The notes under the pieces are model-generated. The model saw only the letters and a list, made by a program, of their open reading frames with translations, did not search any database and was not told where the DNA came from. Of a stretch of 64,000 nt of DNA, positions 19,794 through 29,112 are shown piece after piece (position 1 is the first letter of the stretch; every line of letters begins with the position of its first letter). The position numbers were made by a program, and so were the translations under genes. This DNA is from Marispirochaeta sp. (lineage in GTDB: Bacteria > Spirochaetota > Spirochaetia > JC444 > Marispirochaetaceae): contig CAXXFF010000002.1 in assembly GCA_963676835.2 (NCBI GenBank), positions 928,001-992,000 of the forward strand, in the 5' to 3' direction.

Positions 19794-22059
19794 TCTCCTG
19801 AGGAATTCTGATTGAATAGGATGTTCCGGTGGAAGATGATAGTGTTCTGCTTTCCGCCTGCAGCTGTTTGACCAGGGTATCGATTATGGTAAGCCCCATG
19901 CTCTGCCGTTTTTCCGCTGCCGCCCGCTCTTCCGCGGAAAATCCCTTGCCGTTATCCTTGATCGTCAGCCGAATAAAAGATATTTCATGCTCCACCCGGA
20001 CCGATATGACAGGCTGTTCCTCCATAGTTGGAGAAAACGCGTGCTTCAGTGAGTTGCTTACGATCTCATTAACAATCAGTCCCAGGGGAATAATAAGGTC
20101 CCGGCTGGCAAAAACTGTATCCGATTCAATGGCTAACTGTACCTGCTGATTTTCTGTTGAGTAGGCGGAAATCAGATCTCCTATAAGATCCTTGAGATAA
20201 TCATGCAGATTAATAGTATCAAGAGATCTGCTGTTATACAGCTTACGGTGCACCAGGGAAATAGTCTTGATTCTGTACATGCTTTCCTTAAGCACCTGGA
20301 TTGTATCCGGACGATCCGATTTCATAATCTCCAGATTAAGAATGGAAGAAATCAGCGCCAGGTTGTTGTTTACCCGGTGGTGTATTTCTTTCAGGAGCAC
20401 TTCCTTCTCTGTCAGACTCTCTTCCAGCCGCATCTGGGATTGCTTGATTTCGCTGATATTTTCGATACCCACATAGACTCTGTCCCAGGGCTCTTCGTCG
20501 GGAGGGGCAACTATTGCATGAATATTGGTCCAGATGGTATTGCCTTTATGGGTTTTCCGAATTGTTTCTCCGGAGTATTTGTGGCTGTCGAAGTAGAGTG
20601 TACAGAGTTCTTTGCGGAATGGTTTATTGCTGCCTTCCGGAAGCATCCGTTGAATATCCAGAAAAACCTGCTGTTTTGATTTTGCTTCAAGCAGATTTAC
20701 CGCTTCATTATTAACATCTATAAGCTTTACCAGGGATAAGCATTTCTGCAGTGCTTCCGGATGCTTTATCAGGTAGCGGTTCATCTCTTTTTTTGATTTC
20801 AGGCTGTGGGCTACGGCGATGGCATCCAGATATTTTTTTATCTCTGAAAAATCTTCCTCAAAAAGGGCAACTGGAGCAAATTTGAAGAGGTTTCGGAAAC
20901 TCTCCTCACTTTTTCTGAGGTTGCGAGCATACAGTTTATTACGGGTAACAGAAATAACCAGAAATACAATAAGCACCGTCTGGCTGATTACCACCAGCCC
21001 GATTGAGGCAATCAGTTTCAGATTGGACCGTATAAAAGAAAAGGGCTGATTTATAATAATGCTATTATCCGGGAGACTCCAGGAGTGGACTCCAAAGCGT
21101 TCCAGTTCCTTATGATCAAACATATATACATTCGGGCTTGTCTCCACCACGGCAATCTGTGAAATTGCCTTATTCTGATAAAGCACTTCTTTTAAGATAA
21201 GAGCAGCGGTTTTTGCCTGATCGTACTGGCTTATTATCTTCCCTCCCAGGATGCCTTCTCCCAGGCCATGCTCCCAGAGATGAAACAGCGGTACCGCTGC
21301 ATTTTCGCGGATTAGTGCCAGGCTGTCTGAAAAGTCCACTGTTTTTCCTGTTCTGTCTACATAGGCGGAAAGAAGCAGCACGGCGGAGTCCTCGGGCAGC
21401 TCCCGTATAAGAGTTCCCAGTTCATAAAAACTGTACTGCTCCAAAGAGAGCACAGAAAGTGGGAAGCTGGTTCGATATTTCTGAAATGTTGCCAGATCTC
21501 CTTTTCCGCTGGCGGTTGAATCGGAGATTGCAAAGATCTTTGTAGTTTCCGGGAAGAGATCGAGGATCAGCTGAAGGGTCTCTTCCATGGAGACTGCTTC
21601 AACCACACCGGTGACAAAAGGGTTCCCGTTCTGTTTTTGTGCCCGGTCCTGATCGTTTACTCCGCAGAAAACTACAGGGATTCCCGGAAACAGTATGGGC
21701 TGATACTCATTGATAAAAAGCAGGGCATTATCATCGGTGGTGATAATGCCGTCGTAGGGTTTCAGGTTAAGAAATTTATAGCGCAAAAGATCGCGGAACA
21801 GCTGGCGGGCGGTTTCGGTGGTAAAGCGCTTGCTGTCGAGGAATTCCACATCGATAAGAATATTGCTACCGGCAAAGGTTTCTGTAACCGCCTGAATCTG
21901 ACTGTTATAGGTGGGGAATGAAGGGTGATAGCTGGAGAGTACAAGAATGTGTTTCTGCTCTTCTTCGGCAGAGAGCAGCAAGGATGCTGAAAGAAAATAG
22001 AAGCCCAGAAATAGTTTCAGGACTTTTTTAAATCGAGTCTTCCCCATTTGAAGAATCAT
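19774..22059 (-). CDS. Membrane sensor histidine kinase (periplasmic binding-protein-like sensor, PAS, HisKA_2)
   Basis: Signal peptide, ILVLSSYH..EFLDSKR..PVVFCGVN sensor, TM helix, EIHHRVNNNL, NEIVSNSLKHAF, DNGKG. Confidence 0.88.
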   Translation of the reverse strand: MILQMGKTRFKKVLKLFLGFYFLSASLLLSAEEEQKHILVLSSYHPSFPTYNSQIQAVTETFAGSNILIDVEFLDSKRFTTETARQLFRDLLRYKFLNLKPYDGIITTDDNALLFINEYQPILFPGIPVVFCGVNDQDRAQKQNGNPFVTGVVEAVSMEETLQLILDLFPETTKIFAISDSTASGKGDLATFQKYRTSFPLSVLSLEQYSFYELGTLIRELPEDSAVLLLSAYVDRTGKTVDFSDSLALIRENAAVPLFHLWEHGLGEGILGGKIISQYDQAKTAALILKEVLYQNKAISQIAVVETSPNVYMFDHKELERFGVHSWSLPDNSIIINQPFSFIRSNLKLIASIGLVVISQTVLIVFLVISVTRNKLYARNLRKSEESFRNLFKFAPVALFEEDFSEIKKYLDAIAVAHSLKSKKEMNRYLIKHPEALQKCLSLVKLIDVNNEAVNLLEAKSKQQVFLDIQRMLPEGSNKPFRKELCTLYFDSHKYSGETIRKTHKGNTIWTNIHAIVAPPDEEPWDRVYVGIENISEIKQSQMRLEESLTEKEVLLKEIHHRVNNNLALISSILNLEIMKSDRPDTIQVLKESMYRIKTISLVHRKLYNSRSLDTINLHDYLKDLIGDLISAYSTENQQVQLAIESDTVFASRDLIIPLGLIVNEIVSNSLKHAFSPTMEEQPVISVRVEHEISFIRLTIKDNGKGFSAEERAAAEKRQSMGLTIIDTLVKQLQAESRTLSSSTGTSYSIRIPQENDANEQ

Positions 22060-22098
22060 AAAAGAGGTTGCAGGAAGTTGTCAAATTTTAAAGTTCTG

Positions 22099-23337
22099 TC
22101 AGCCCTTATATCGGATCATCAGCAGAGAAACATCATCATGCAGGGGGGTCTGATTTCTGAAGGCATGGAAACCTTCAAGCAGTTCAATACGTCGGGTCTT
22201 CAGATTTTTGCCGCTGCTGCCAGTAAGGTATTCCTGTACCGGTGCAAGGCCGTACTCCTGATTATCATCGTTTTTCTGTTCAATCAATCCATCGGTAAAA
22301 AAGAGAAGATCATCCCCCGGCTGCAGCTGGAGCCGGCCGATTTCCGGGTTCATCGTTTCTACCACTCCCACGGGCATGTTCCTTTCTCCTGCATTGAGTT
22401 TGATCATTGAGTTCTTCCGGATCAGATACGAATGGCCGTGGCCCATATCTGCCAGCAGGAGCTCTCCCGTAGATGGGTCAAGCTGAATAAAAACACCGGT
22501 AACGTATTTCTGCAGCTCGAAGGTGGAAACAAATACTTGGTTCAGGGTTTTTACCAGCCTTTTTATTCCAAGCTCATAATCAAAGGTGCTGAATGAACCC
22601 CACAATGCAGTGGTAACCAGAGATGCGGCCATTCCTTTTCCGGAAACATCGCAGAGGCAGAACATGTGCTGATCATTGCTGTATTTAGCTTCGGCATAAA
22701 AGTCGCCCCCCACACCCTTGGCCATGGTACTCGAGCCGGCGTACTCCAGGTGTTCATCTTCATAATAGGTGAACTCCTTTACAATGCGGCTCTGAATAGT
22801 TGAGGCCAGATCGATATCTTCCCTGGTGATGGATGAGAGGTAGATCAGCATATCCTGGGAGCTGAAAATTCCCGCAAAGTATCCTTCCCGGGTTTTGAGG
22901 GGGTAATAATGTATCCTGTCATCTGACTGGATGCGGTCGAGTATTTCACTTACGGAGAAGATATTGGTGTAGTGGAAGAAGCTGCGGATTTTTCTGGTTA
23001 CCTTTTCCACCGATTCGCGGCGCATTACCTCCCGCCCGAAGGGGCGTCCTAAAAGGTCAAAGAGGTCGCGGCGGATAATTATTCCCCCGATTTTTCCGGT
23101 TTCCTCAATTATGCCTACCGCCTGAATATCCGGGCGGGCGGTAAGGTCATCGGAGAGATCGAGAATATTGGTGTCGGAGGTAATGTACCAGCGGTTTTTT
23201 ACCAGCTTTGCAATTGATTCCCCACCGGCTTTGGGGACTTCAATCTGCCGTATTACACTTAAGCCTGTTTCCGGTGATTGTTCTGTAGTTTTGGAAATGT
23301 CTTCAGCTGAATTAAGCAGTAAATCTATCTCGTCCAT
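22099..23337 (-). CDS. SpoIIE/RsbU-type PP2C phosphatase with N-terminal CBS-like pair
   Basis: VGGDFY, CDVSGKG, FFTDGLIE, HDDVS. N-terminus has GGIIIRRDL and AGIFSSQD CBS-like motifs. Confidence 0.85.
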   Translation of the reverse strand: MDEIDLLLNSAEDISKTTEQSPETGLSVIRQIEVPKAGGESIAKLVKNRWYITSDTNILDLSDDLTARPDIQAVGIIEETGKIGGIIIRRDLFDLLGRPFGREVMRRESVEKVTRKIRSFFHYTNIFSVSEILDRIQSDDRIHYYPLKTREGYFAGIFSSQDMLIYLSSITREDIDLASTIQSRIVKEFTYYEDEHLEYAGSSTMAKGVGGDFYAEAKYSNDQHMFCLCDVSGKGMAASLVTTALWGSFSTFDYELGIKRLVKTLNQVFVSTFELQKYVTGVFIQLDPSTGELLLADMGHGHSYLIRKNSMIKLNAGERNMPVGVVETMNPEIGRLQLQPGDDLLFFTDGLIEQKNDDNQEYGLAPVQEYLTGSSGKNLKTRRIELLEGFHAFRNQTPLHDDVSLLMIRYKG

Positions 23338-23351
23338 ACTGAATCTCCGCC

Positions 23352-23906
23352 CTATGCCTCAGCTGAATTGTCCCGGACCAGATGATTCTGCGGATATTTT
23401 CGTTTTGCAGCAACACAGTTCTTTTTCGAGGTAAATACAAAGCCTTCATTCCAGAATTCCACCGCGGCGAAAAGCGCATTGCCGCCGTCCTCGGGCCGTG
23501 ACTGCTGTGTTCGGTAGCTTACAAAGTTTACCATACGTTCGTAGTCTTCCGTGGACAGGCATTCATAGCGCTCACGGTTGAACCGGTTCCATTTCTCAAT
23601 GTCCTGAAACCCCGGGCCTTCATCTTCAACAATAATATGGGCCTCCTCTTCCGTAAAGCGGTACCAGATTTTCACCATTTTTTCGGGATCAGATTCATTC
23701 CCATGTTTCACGGCGTTCTTTATTACTTCGCTGATCTGCTGTTCAAGGAGATTCAGTTCCCGTATTACCGCAGGTGCCTTCTGGACAACAAGCAGGGTAA
23801 AGTAGCGTATCTGCTGGAAGTCTGAAGGAAACTCTTTGTAGAACATCTCCTTCCGGTTGAATAGGGGGCTCGTATCATCAATGGCGATATATTTTGGTTC
23901 GATCAT
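23352..23906 (-). CDS. Anti-sigma-factor-like Ser/Thr kinase (RsbW/SpoIIAB-like GHKL domain)
   Basis: SEVIKNAVKHGN N-box, VEDEGPGF G1 box, divergent G2 (DGGNALF). Lies between STAS and PP2C genes. Confidence 0.75.
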   Translation of the reverse strand: MIEPKYIAIDDTSPLFNRKEMFYKEFPSDFQQIRYFTLLVVQKAPAVIRELNLLEQQISEVIKNAVKHGNESDPEKMVKIWYRFTEEEAHIIVEDEGPGFQDIEKWNRFNRERYECLSTEDYERMVNFVSYRTQQSRPEDGGNALFAAVEFWNEGFVFTSKKNCVAAKRKYPQNHLVRDNSAEA

Positions 23907-24268
23907 CAGGACTCTCCTGCAGTGCTGTGTTCAGGTGATAGAAACTTGATGGCTTCTTTACAGTTTTGTTTAATGGGAAAGTAGTTGGTTAGTTTGGTCA
24001 GCTCCATTACTTTCAACGGGGTACCCTGTACGCTGCACAGGGCAAATCCAAGCTCTTTTTTCTGAAACATATTATAAATCGACAGGAGGCTTCCCACTCC
24101 GCTGGAATCGAGGTAGCTGACAGCTTCCATGTTTATAATCAGATTGGTAATGCCTTTTTCAATAATTCTATTCGAGAGTTCCGTAAGCTTTACGGTGTTG
24201 TACAGATCAAGTTCTCCGCTGATATCCAGAATATAGATATCGTTATAGCGCCGTAGTTTAAGTTCCAT
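23906..24268 (-). CDS. STAS-domain anti-sigma factor antagonist
   Basis: ISGELDLY and YLDSSGVG (phospho-Ser), 120 aa. Confidence 0.9.
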   Translation of the reverse strand: MELKLRRYNDIYILDISGELDLYNTVKLTELSNRIIEKGITNLIINMEAVSYLDSSGVGSLLSIYNMFQKKELGFALCSVQGTPLKVMELTKLTNYFPIKQNCKEAIKFLSPEHSTAGES

Positions 24269-24278
24269 AATCGTGCCT

Positions 24279-25958
24279 CTATTTAATTTTCAGTATAAGA
24301 AGAGTCTGGTCATCATGGTTGCCTGCATCCTCTTCAAAATGTTCAATATCTTCACGTAATGCCTGAAGAATCATCTCTGCGGTAAACTGGTGATTGGTTT
24401 TCAGCAGTTCCTCCATGAATTTTACCGAATACTGCTGTCCCGCGGGATTCATGGTTTCCACCACTCCGTCGGTAAAGGCAAGCAGCAGATCTCCGCTGTC
24501 CATCTGCAGCAGCCGGTTGCTGTATAAACTGTTGGGGTTAATTCCCAGAGGCGGCTGGTTTGACTGCACCCGTTCAACGGTGCCGGTTTCCAGTCGGTAA
24601 ATCAGAATATGCTGGTGCCCCGCGCCGGCGTAGTCTATGGTTCTGTTTTCCGGATTAAAATTAAAATAGAGAAGGTTGGCAAAACGATCGAGATTAATAC
24701 GCAGGGTAATGGCTCTGTTCAGCTGACTGACAATCTTTGCAGCATCATGTTTTTTACCACCGATTATATTGGCCACAGTTCGGATAATGGTCATGGTTAT
24801 GGCGGCAAGAATACCTTTGCCGGCAATGTCGCACATAATAAAAGCTGTATTATTATGCTTCCCCGAAAAAGTATCCCAGTAGTCTGAATGTATCCCCTTT
24901 GCGGATCGGGAGAAGACAGCATAATCCAGTCCGGCGGAAGCTGCTTTTTCTCTGGGTGCAAGCTGTTTCTGGATATCTCCTACAAGCACAGTTTCCGCTT
25001 CCAGCAGGCCGTTTTCCCGGGACTGAATTAATGAATAGACGCCGTCGGTTATTGTTCCCGCATGGTTAAGGTACTCTTCAAGAAGATCCCTTGATGGACT
25101 CTTTTCAAACGCAGTTCCGGCATTCAGGAGAATGATAATAAGGCCGAATACCTTTTTTCCGTTGGTTAAGGGCTGCAGAAGCAGCTTTCTCTGATCCTGT
25201 CCGCTGTTTTGAATAATTGCCCCTGCTCCGCCCTGCAGGCATTCTGTCAGTTCCTCGACCGGCTGAAGCAGTATGTGCCCTGTTGCCAATGTCTCCGGGC
25301 TGTTTACTGTACCGCCGCTGTTCAGCAATGATACCGGTAATTCTCCGGTCACCGCAGAAGCGTGGAGAGTTCCCACGGCGCCATCCTCGATGAGCAGCAC
25401 CGCACCGGTGTCTGCCTGAATAACCCGGAGAGCACCCTGAAGCACTGCATGGTAAAAGCTGTGGTTTTTTCTGTGCAGAGATTGGAGGGTATCCATTGAC
25501 TGCAGGGTAAGGTGATCCAGCTGTACACTCTCATTAAGCTGCTCTATTTTACGCATCAGGTGACGGGATTCTCTGCGGACTTTTCTGTGAAGAAACAGAG
25601 ATAGAGTCATGAGCAGCATGGGGGATAGAATCAGGCGGTGTGCCGGACTTCCCGGACCAAGTAAGGCTGCAGCGGCAGCAAACAGAATCAGAGATATTAT
25701 CCCCGGAAGGAAATCTTCCGGCATAAGAATTTTCAGGGAAACTGCGAAAAATAGTATGCCGGCACCCTCAAAAATCAGATACCAGTCCAGTGCCTCTGCC
25801 ATACCTGAAAGTTCCCTGACCAGAAAAATGGCGGCGGCAATAATAAAGTATGCATAACCCCTCTGGCGATGAAGGGTGGAAACACTGATTCCGTATAGAA
25901 TCAGCCCGAAGGATATAAGCCCCCGGAACAGATACGGTAAGGGAATGGTTGAAAGCAT
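24279..25958 (-). CDS. Membrane-anchored GAF plus PP2C (SpoIIE) phosphatase
   Basis: N-terminal TM helices, GAF-like middle, SDYWD, CDIAGKG, FTDGVVE, HDDQT. Confidence 0.85.
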   Translation of the reverse strand: MLSTIPLPYLFRGLISFGLILYGISVSTLHRQRGYAYFIIAAAIFLVRELSGMAEALDWYLIFEGAGILFFAVSLKILMPEDFLPGIISLILFAAAAALLGPGSPAHRLILSPMLLMTLSLFLHRKVRRESRHLMRKIEQLNESVQLDHLTLQSMDTLQSLHRKNHSFYHAVLQGALRVIQADTGAVLLIEDGAVGTLHASAVTGELPVSLLNSGGTVNSPETLATGHILLQPVEELTECLQGGAGAIIQNSGQDQRKLLLQPLTNGKKVFGLIIILLNAGTAFEKSPSRDLLEEYLNHAGTITDGVYSLIQSRENGLLEAETVLVGDIQKQLAPREKAASAGLDYAVFSRSAKGIHSDYWDTFSGKHNNTAFIMCDIAGKGILAAITMTIIRTVANIIGGKKHDAAKIVSQLNRAITLRINLDRFANLLYFNFNPENRTIDYAGAGHQHILIYRLETGTVERVQSNQPPLGINPNSLYSNRLLQMDSGDLLLAFTDGVVETMNPAGQQYSVKFMEELLKTNHQFTAEMILQALREDIEHFEEDAGNHDDQTLLILKIK

Positions 25959-26224
25959 AGGGCAACGTAATTGTCCATTGTTAGATAATGATTAAAGCTT
26001 TGTTTGGAGATATCGCGAAAAATCGGGAATTATTTTCAGTTTGCTGCCGCTGGAAAATCTATCTTCCCTGGCTATGGCAAAAGTTCCACGTTTTCAGAGG
26101 TGCCCTATAAATTAGAAAAAGGTTAATAAAGCTGGTTTCCCTTGCGCAAGAAACTTTCTGATTTTACTATTCTGCGGGATGAGCCGATTTCAGGCTCTCA
26201 CTTCTACAAAGAGACAGCACTGGA

Positions 26225-27406
26225 ATGGCGGGAACAACATTAAAGCTGGAAAAGAGCACCTCCGGAACCCTCAGCGATTCCATGGTTCTTTCCGGCAAAT
26301 ATCTGCTTACACATATTGGCCAACGGTATTGCACCAGCAGGCGTATTCCCCTTCGCGATCTGCGTCTGCATTCAGGTGTATCCGGAACCGGGTTCGCCTG
26401 GAATAATTTCAGGCCTGTTTTTACCCAGCAGCTTGTTTCTCATTCTCTCCTGTCCGATGTTGATCTGGAACGTCTTGAGTTTATGAGCAAACGTTCGGAG
26501 CTGATCAAGGCAACTACCCATATTTCGCGTGGTTTTCTTCAATGGCGGTTCAAGTTGGAGATGAAGAACTTTGTAGAGAACACCAGTGTGATTAAATCCC
26601 TCTACAGCAGTCCTGCGGCAAAGCGGATCAGTACAGATAAAATCGCCGCTTTTCTTAAAAGCCGGAAGCAGGAAATTCTCCTGCTTCAGCAGCATCTGTT
26701 TTCTACTGTTTCAGCTTTAATGGATAAAAAGAAGCCCTGCGCCGACAAGCTGCGGACGGAGCGGAAGCAGAGTCTGGGAGTTTTTCTTGCCAGTTTAAGT
26801 GGTGAATCCTGGTTTTTCCTCACCCTGATATTCCGGTCCAGGAGCAGTGATTTCTTTATGTCCATGCTTGCAGATTATCTTCTGCTTTCCATCGAACGGC
26901 TGGAAATTTCCGACTATATTTCACTGCTGCTGGTTGAGTTTGTGCAGCATGCCGAACGGGCCCATCTGGTAAACCTCGGGGAGCGCGACCAGTATGTCCG
27001 AACCCATCCTGAGGAGTTGAACCGCCTGCTGGCGGATCCACGTTTCCGGGAAAGGCTGATTCAGCGTGCAGAACGAAAAAGCGAACTGGTGAATGTTCAT
27101 TATGGTTTTTCCGCGCCGGAACAGACCGGCAATGAACTCTTTTCCATTTCCGTACGGAATAAAGGTCTTATCGGATATAAATCCCGGGCGGAAGTTGTAA
27201 ACAAGCGGAGTAAACAGTTGGTGAATACCCCGCTGAAGCAGTTTCTTAAAGAGTCGCAGTTCGGTGCCGGCACCGACAGTATGGCCGCTTTGTATGTAAC
27301 CAGCCTTGAAAATGCCTGCAGCAGTGCAAACATCTGTTTCGACTCCCATGTCTGCAGGGATGAACGCAAGGACGAGACAGTTTCCCGGATCAGCTTACAT
27401 ATGTAA
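26225..27406 (+). CDS. Hypothetical protein with possible degenerate GHKL-like C-terminus
   Basis: 393-aa ORF preceded by TTGCGC-N17-TACTAT (26142-26170). LVEFVQHAE and ISVRNKG resemble N and G1 boxes. Confidence 0.6.
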   Translation: MAGTTLKLEKSTSGTLSDSMVLSGKYLLTHIGQRYCTSRRIPLRDLRLHSGVSGTGFAWNNFRPVFTQQLVSHSLLSDVDLERLEFMSKRSELIKATTHISRGFLQWRFKLEMKNFVENTSVIKSLYSSPAAKRISTDKIAAFLKSRKQEILLLQQHLFSTVSALMDKKKPCADKLRTERKQSLGVFLASLSGESWFFLTLIFRSRSSDFFMSMLADYLLLSIERLEISDYISLLLVEFVQHAERAHLVNLGERDQYVRTHPEELNRLLADPRFRERLIQRAERKSELVNVHYGFSAPEQTGNELFSISVRNKGLIGYKSRAEVVNKRSKQLVNTPLKQFLKESQFGAGTDSMAALYVTSLENACSSANICFDSHVCRDERKDETVSRISLHM

Positions 27407-28378
27407 GGATCTGTACCAGTTTATAGTCTCTTCTATGCCTTCCTTCAGACCGGTAACCGCAAAATTGAACTTCTCTGCAAAGGCTGAACCATCCACCACG
27501 TAGGCTTCTTCCTTCTGATAGAGCATTTCCGGCAGTTCCCGGATTACCGGATCAAAGAGTCCCAGTGCTTTCAGGACAAATCCGGGGATGCTTGAGAAAT
27601 TGCCTTCTCTTCCAATACGTTCTGCAAACATGGCTGCAATTTCCCGGGTGCTGGTGGTTTCTCTGTTGGCAACAATCCATGGACTGCCCAGAGCCTCTTC
27701 TGTGTGTGCGGCCAGAGCCAGGGCGCGGCCGAAGTCTTTTACGAAGGTGTAGGTGTGGGGACTGTCCAGCTTGCCGATAAAAACTCCTTTGCCTTTTTTA
27801 AAAAGCGGATTCAGGAAGCGGTCTGTTCCGAACATGCTCTGATCCGTCGCTCCCGGACCGTAATAGTCGGATCCCCGGACAGACGTCCATCTTAGCCCCC
27901 GGTTTTTTGCTGTGGTGACCAGTTCTCCGTGCAGCCTTTCCCGGATTGCCCCCTTTTTGGAAGGGGGATCAACCGGCGATTCTGTGTTTATGACGGAAAT
28001 GCCCCGTTTATACATATAGAGGTTTTCGGAGAGCGCCAGTACCGCATTCTGCTGCAGAGCTGCCTCAATCATGTTTTCCTGTACCACCGGAAGAATGCTG
28101 TTCCACTGGTGGTAAAGTGGATTGACGCAGTGAAAAATATGAGAAGCCCCTTCTGCCGCGTGTAATACCTCTTCCCTGTTGAGGGCATCGACCTTAACAA
28201 TCTCCAGTAAAGATGCATAGGCAGGATCCTGTAGTTCTCTGGCGACTGATCTCCGCAGAGGGGAAAGATCTCCGCTTCTGTTTGCCATGCGGACCTTGTG
28301 TCCCTCTTTTATCAATGATGCTGCGGTGTGCAGTCCAATCGGCCCGGTTCCAAAAACAACCTGTAAACCCATAAACAT
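27395..28378 (-). CDS. NAD-dependent epimerase/dehydratase (extended SDR)
   Basis: VVFGTGPIG, ENLYMY, KKGAIR, RGSDYYGPG. Confidence 0.85.
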   Translation of the reverse strand: MFMGLQVVFGTGPIGLHTAASLIKEGHKVRMANRSGDLSPLRRSVARELQDPAYASLLEIVKVDALNREEVLHAAEGASHIFHCVNPLYHQWNSILPVVQENMIEAALQQNAVLALSENLYMYKRGISVINTESPVDPPSKKGAIRERLHGELVTTAKNRGLRWTSVRGSDYYGPGATDQSMFGTDRFLNPLFKKGKGVFIGKLDSPHTYTFVKDFGRALALAAHTEEALGSPWIVANRETTSTREIAAMFAERIGREGNFSSIPGFVLKALGLFDPVIRELPEMLYQKEEAYVVDGSAFAEKFNFAVTGLKEGIEETINWYRSLHM

Positions 28379-28401
28379 GCTCCTTAATGCTCTCTGTTTG
28401 T

Positions 28402-28475
28402 TGTTGGCGGCGCCAACATTGAGATGAATATACCTCCTAAAGTAGGCGGTGTCAACATTGTTGGCAAAGTTTACA
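28402..28475. promoter_or_regulatory. Three related 17-bp palindromes, probable TetR operators
   Basis: TGTTGGCGGCGCCAACA (28402-28418, perfect), AGTAGGCGGTGTCAACA (28441-28457) and TGTTGGCAAAGTTTACA (28459-28475), in the divergent gap between epimerase and TetR. Confidence 0.7.
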
Positions 28476-28517
28476 TTGCCTATTCAGTTTTTATGTTTCT
28501 CTGGTTATACTGTAGCT

Positions 28518-29099
28518 ATGTCTGAGACACAGCGGTATCATCATGGAAATCTGCGGCAGGCTCTGATCGATGCCGGCCTTTCTGCTCTGGAAGAATCCGG
28601 GCTGGATGAACTCAGCCTGCGGGCTCTGGCGGAATCTCTGGGGGTATCCAAGGCTGCACCCTACCGCCACTTTAAGACCAAGAATGAACTGCTTGCGGCC
28701 CTGGCGGCAGAGGGCTACCAGCTTTTGGCGGATCTTCTGGAGAACAGTGAAGAGAAGCTTCTTAAGCTTGAGGGTGCTGAGGTTTCCCGGGAGATGTACC
28801 GGATCTACGGTGATTTTGCCCTGTCCCGGCCGGAGCTCTACCGCCTTATGTTTTCCCGTCTTGGTAACAGTCTGCATTCAGAACGCTGCCGTCTGAACGG
28901 GGAGCGTGCCTTTGCCAGCTTGGGCCGGCTGGCTTCAAGAATTCAGGGAACTGCTGAGGATCCGCGAAAACTGATACTCTCCCTCTATGCTTCCCTTCAC
29001 GGCTGGGTCATGCTCCTTATGGACGATCTTATTCCCCCCGAAGTTGGTGTGACTCCGGAAAACTGGCAGGCCTTCGCTCTTCTTCCACAAGAACAATGA
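28518..29099 (+). CDS. TetR/AcrR-family regulator (WHG-type C-terminus)
   Basis: YHHGNLRQAL, LSLRALAESLGVSKAAPYRHF, PELYRLMF, ASLHG. ATG 28518 lies 6 nt after TATACT; ORF track starts at 28449. Confidence 0.9.
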   Translation: MSETQRYHHGNLRQALIDAGLSALEESGLDELSLRALAESLGVSKAAPYRHFKTKNELLAALAAEGYQLLADLLENSEEKLLKLEGAEVSREMYRIYGDFALSRPELYRLMFSRLGNSLHSERCRLNGERAFASLGRLASRIQGTAEDPRKLILSLYASLHGWVMLLMDDLIPPEVGVTPENWQAFALLPQEQ

Positions 29100-29112
29100 A
29101 AGGATAATTTAG

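Noticed and set aside
26179..26406. 75-aa ORF starting right at the predicted transcription start
   Set aside because: Overlaps the 393-aa ORF out of frame and has no motifs. A leader-peptide role cannot be excluded but is unsupported.
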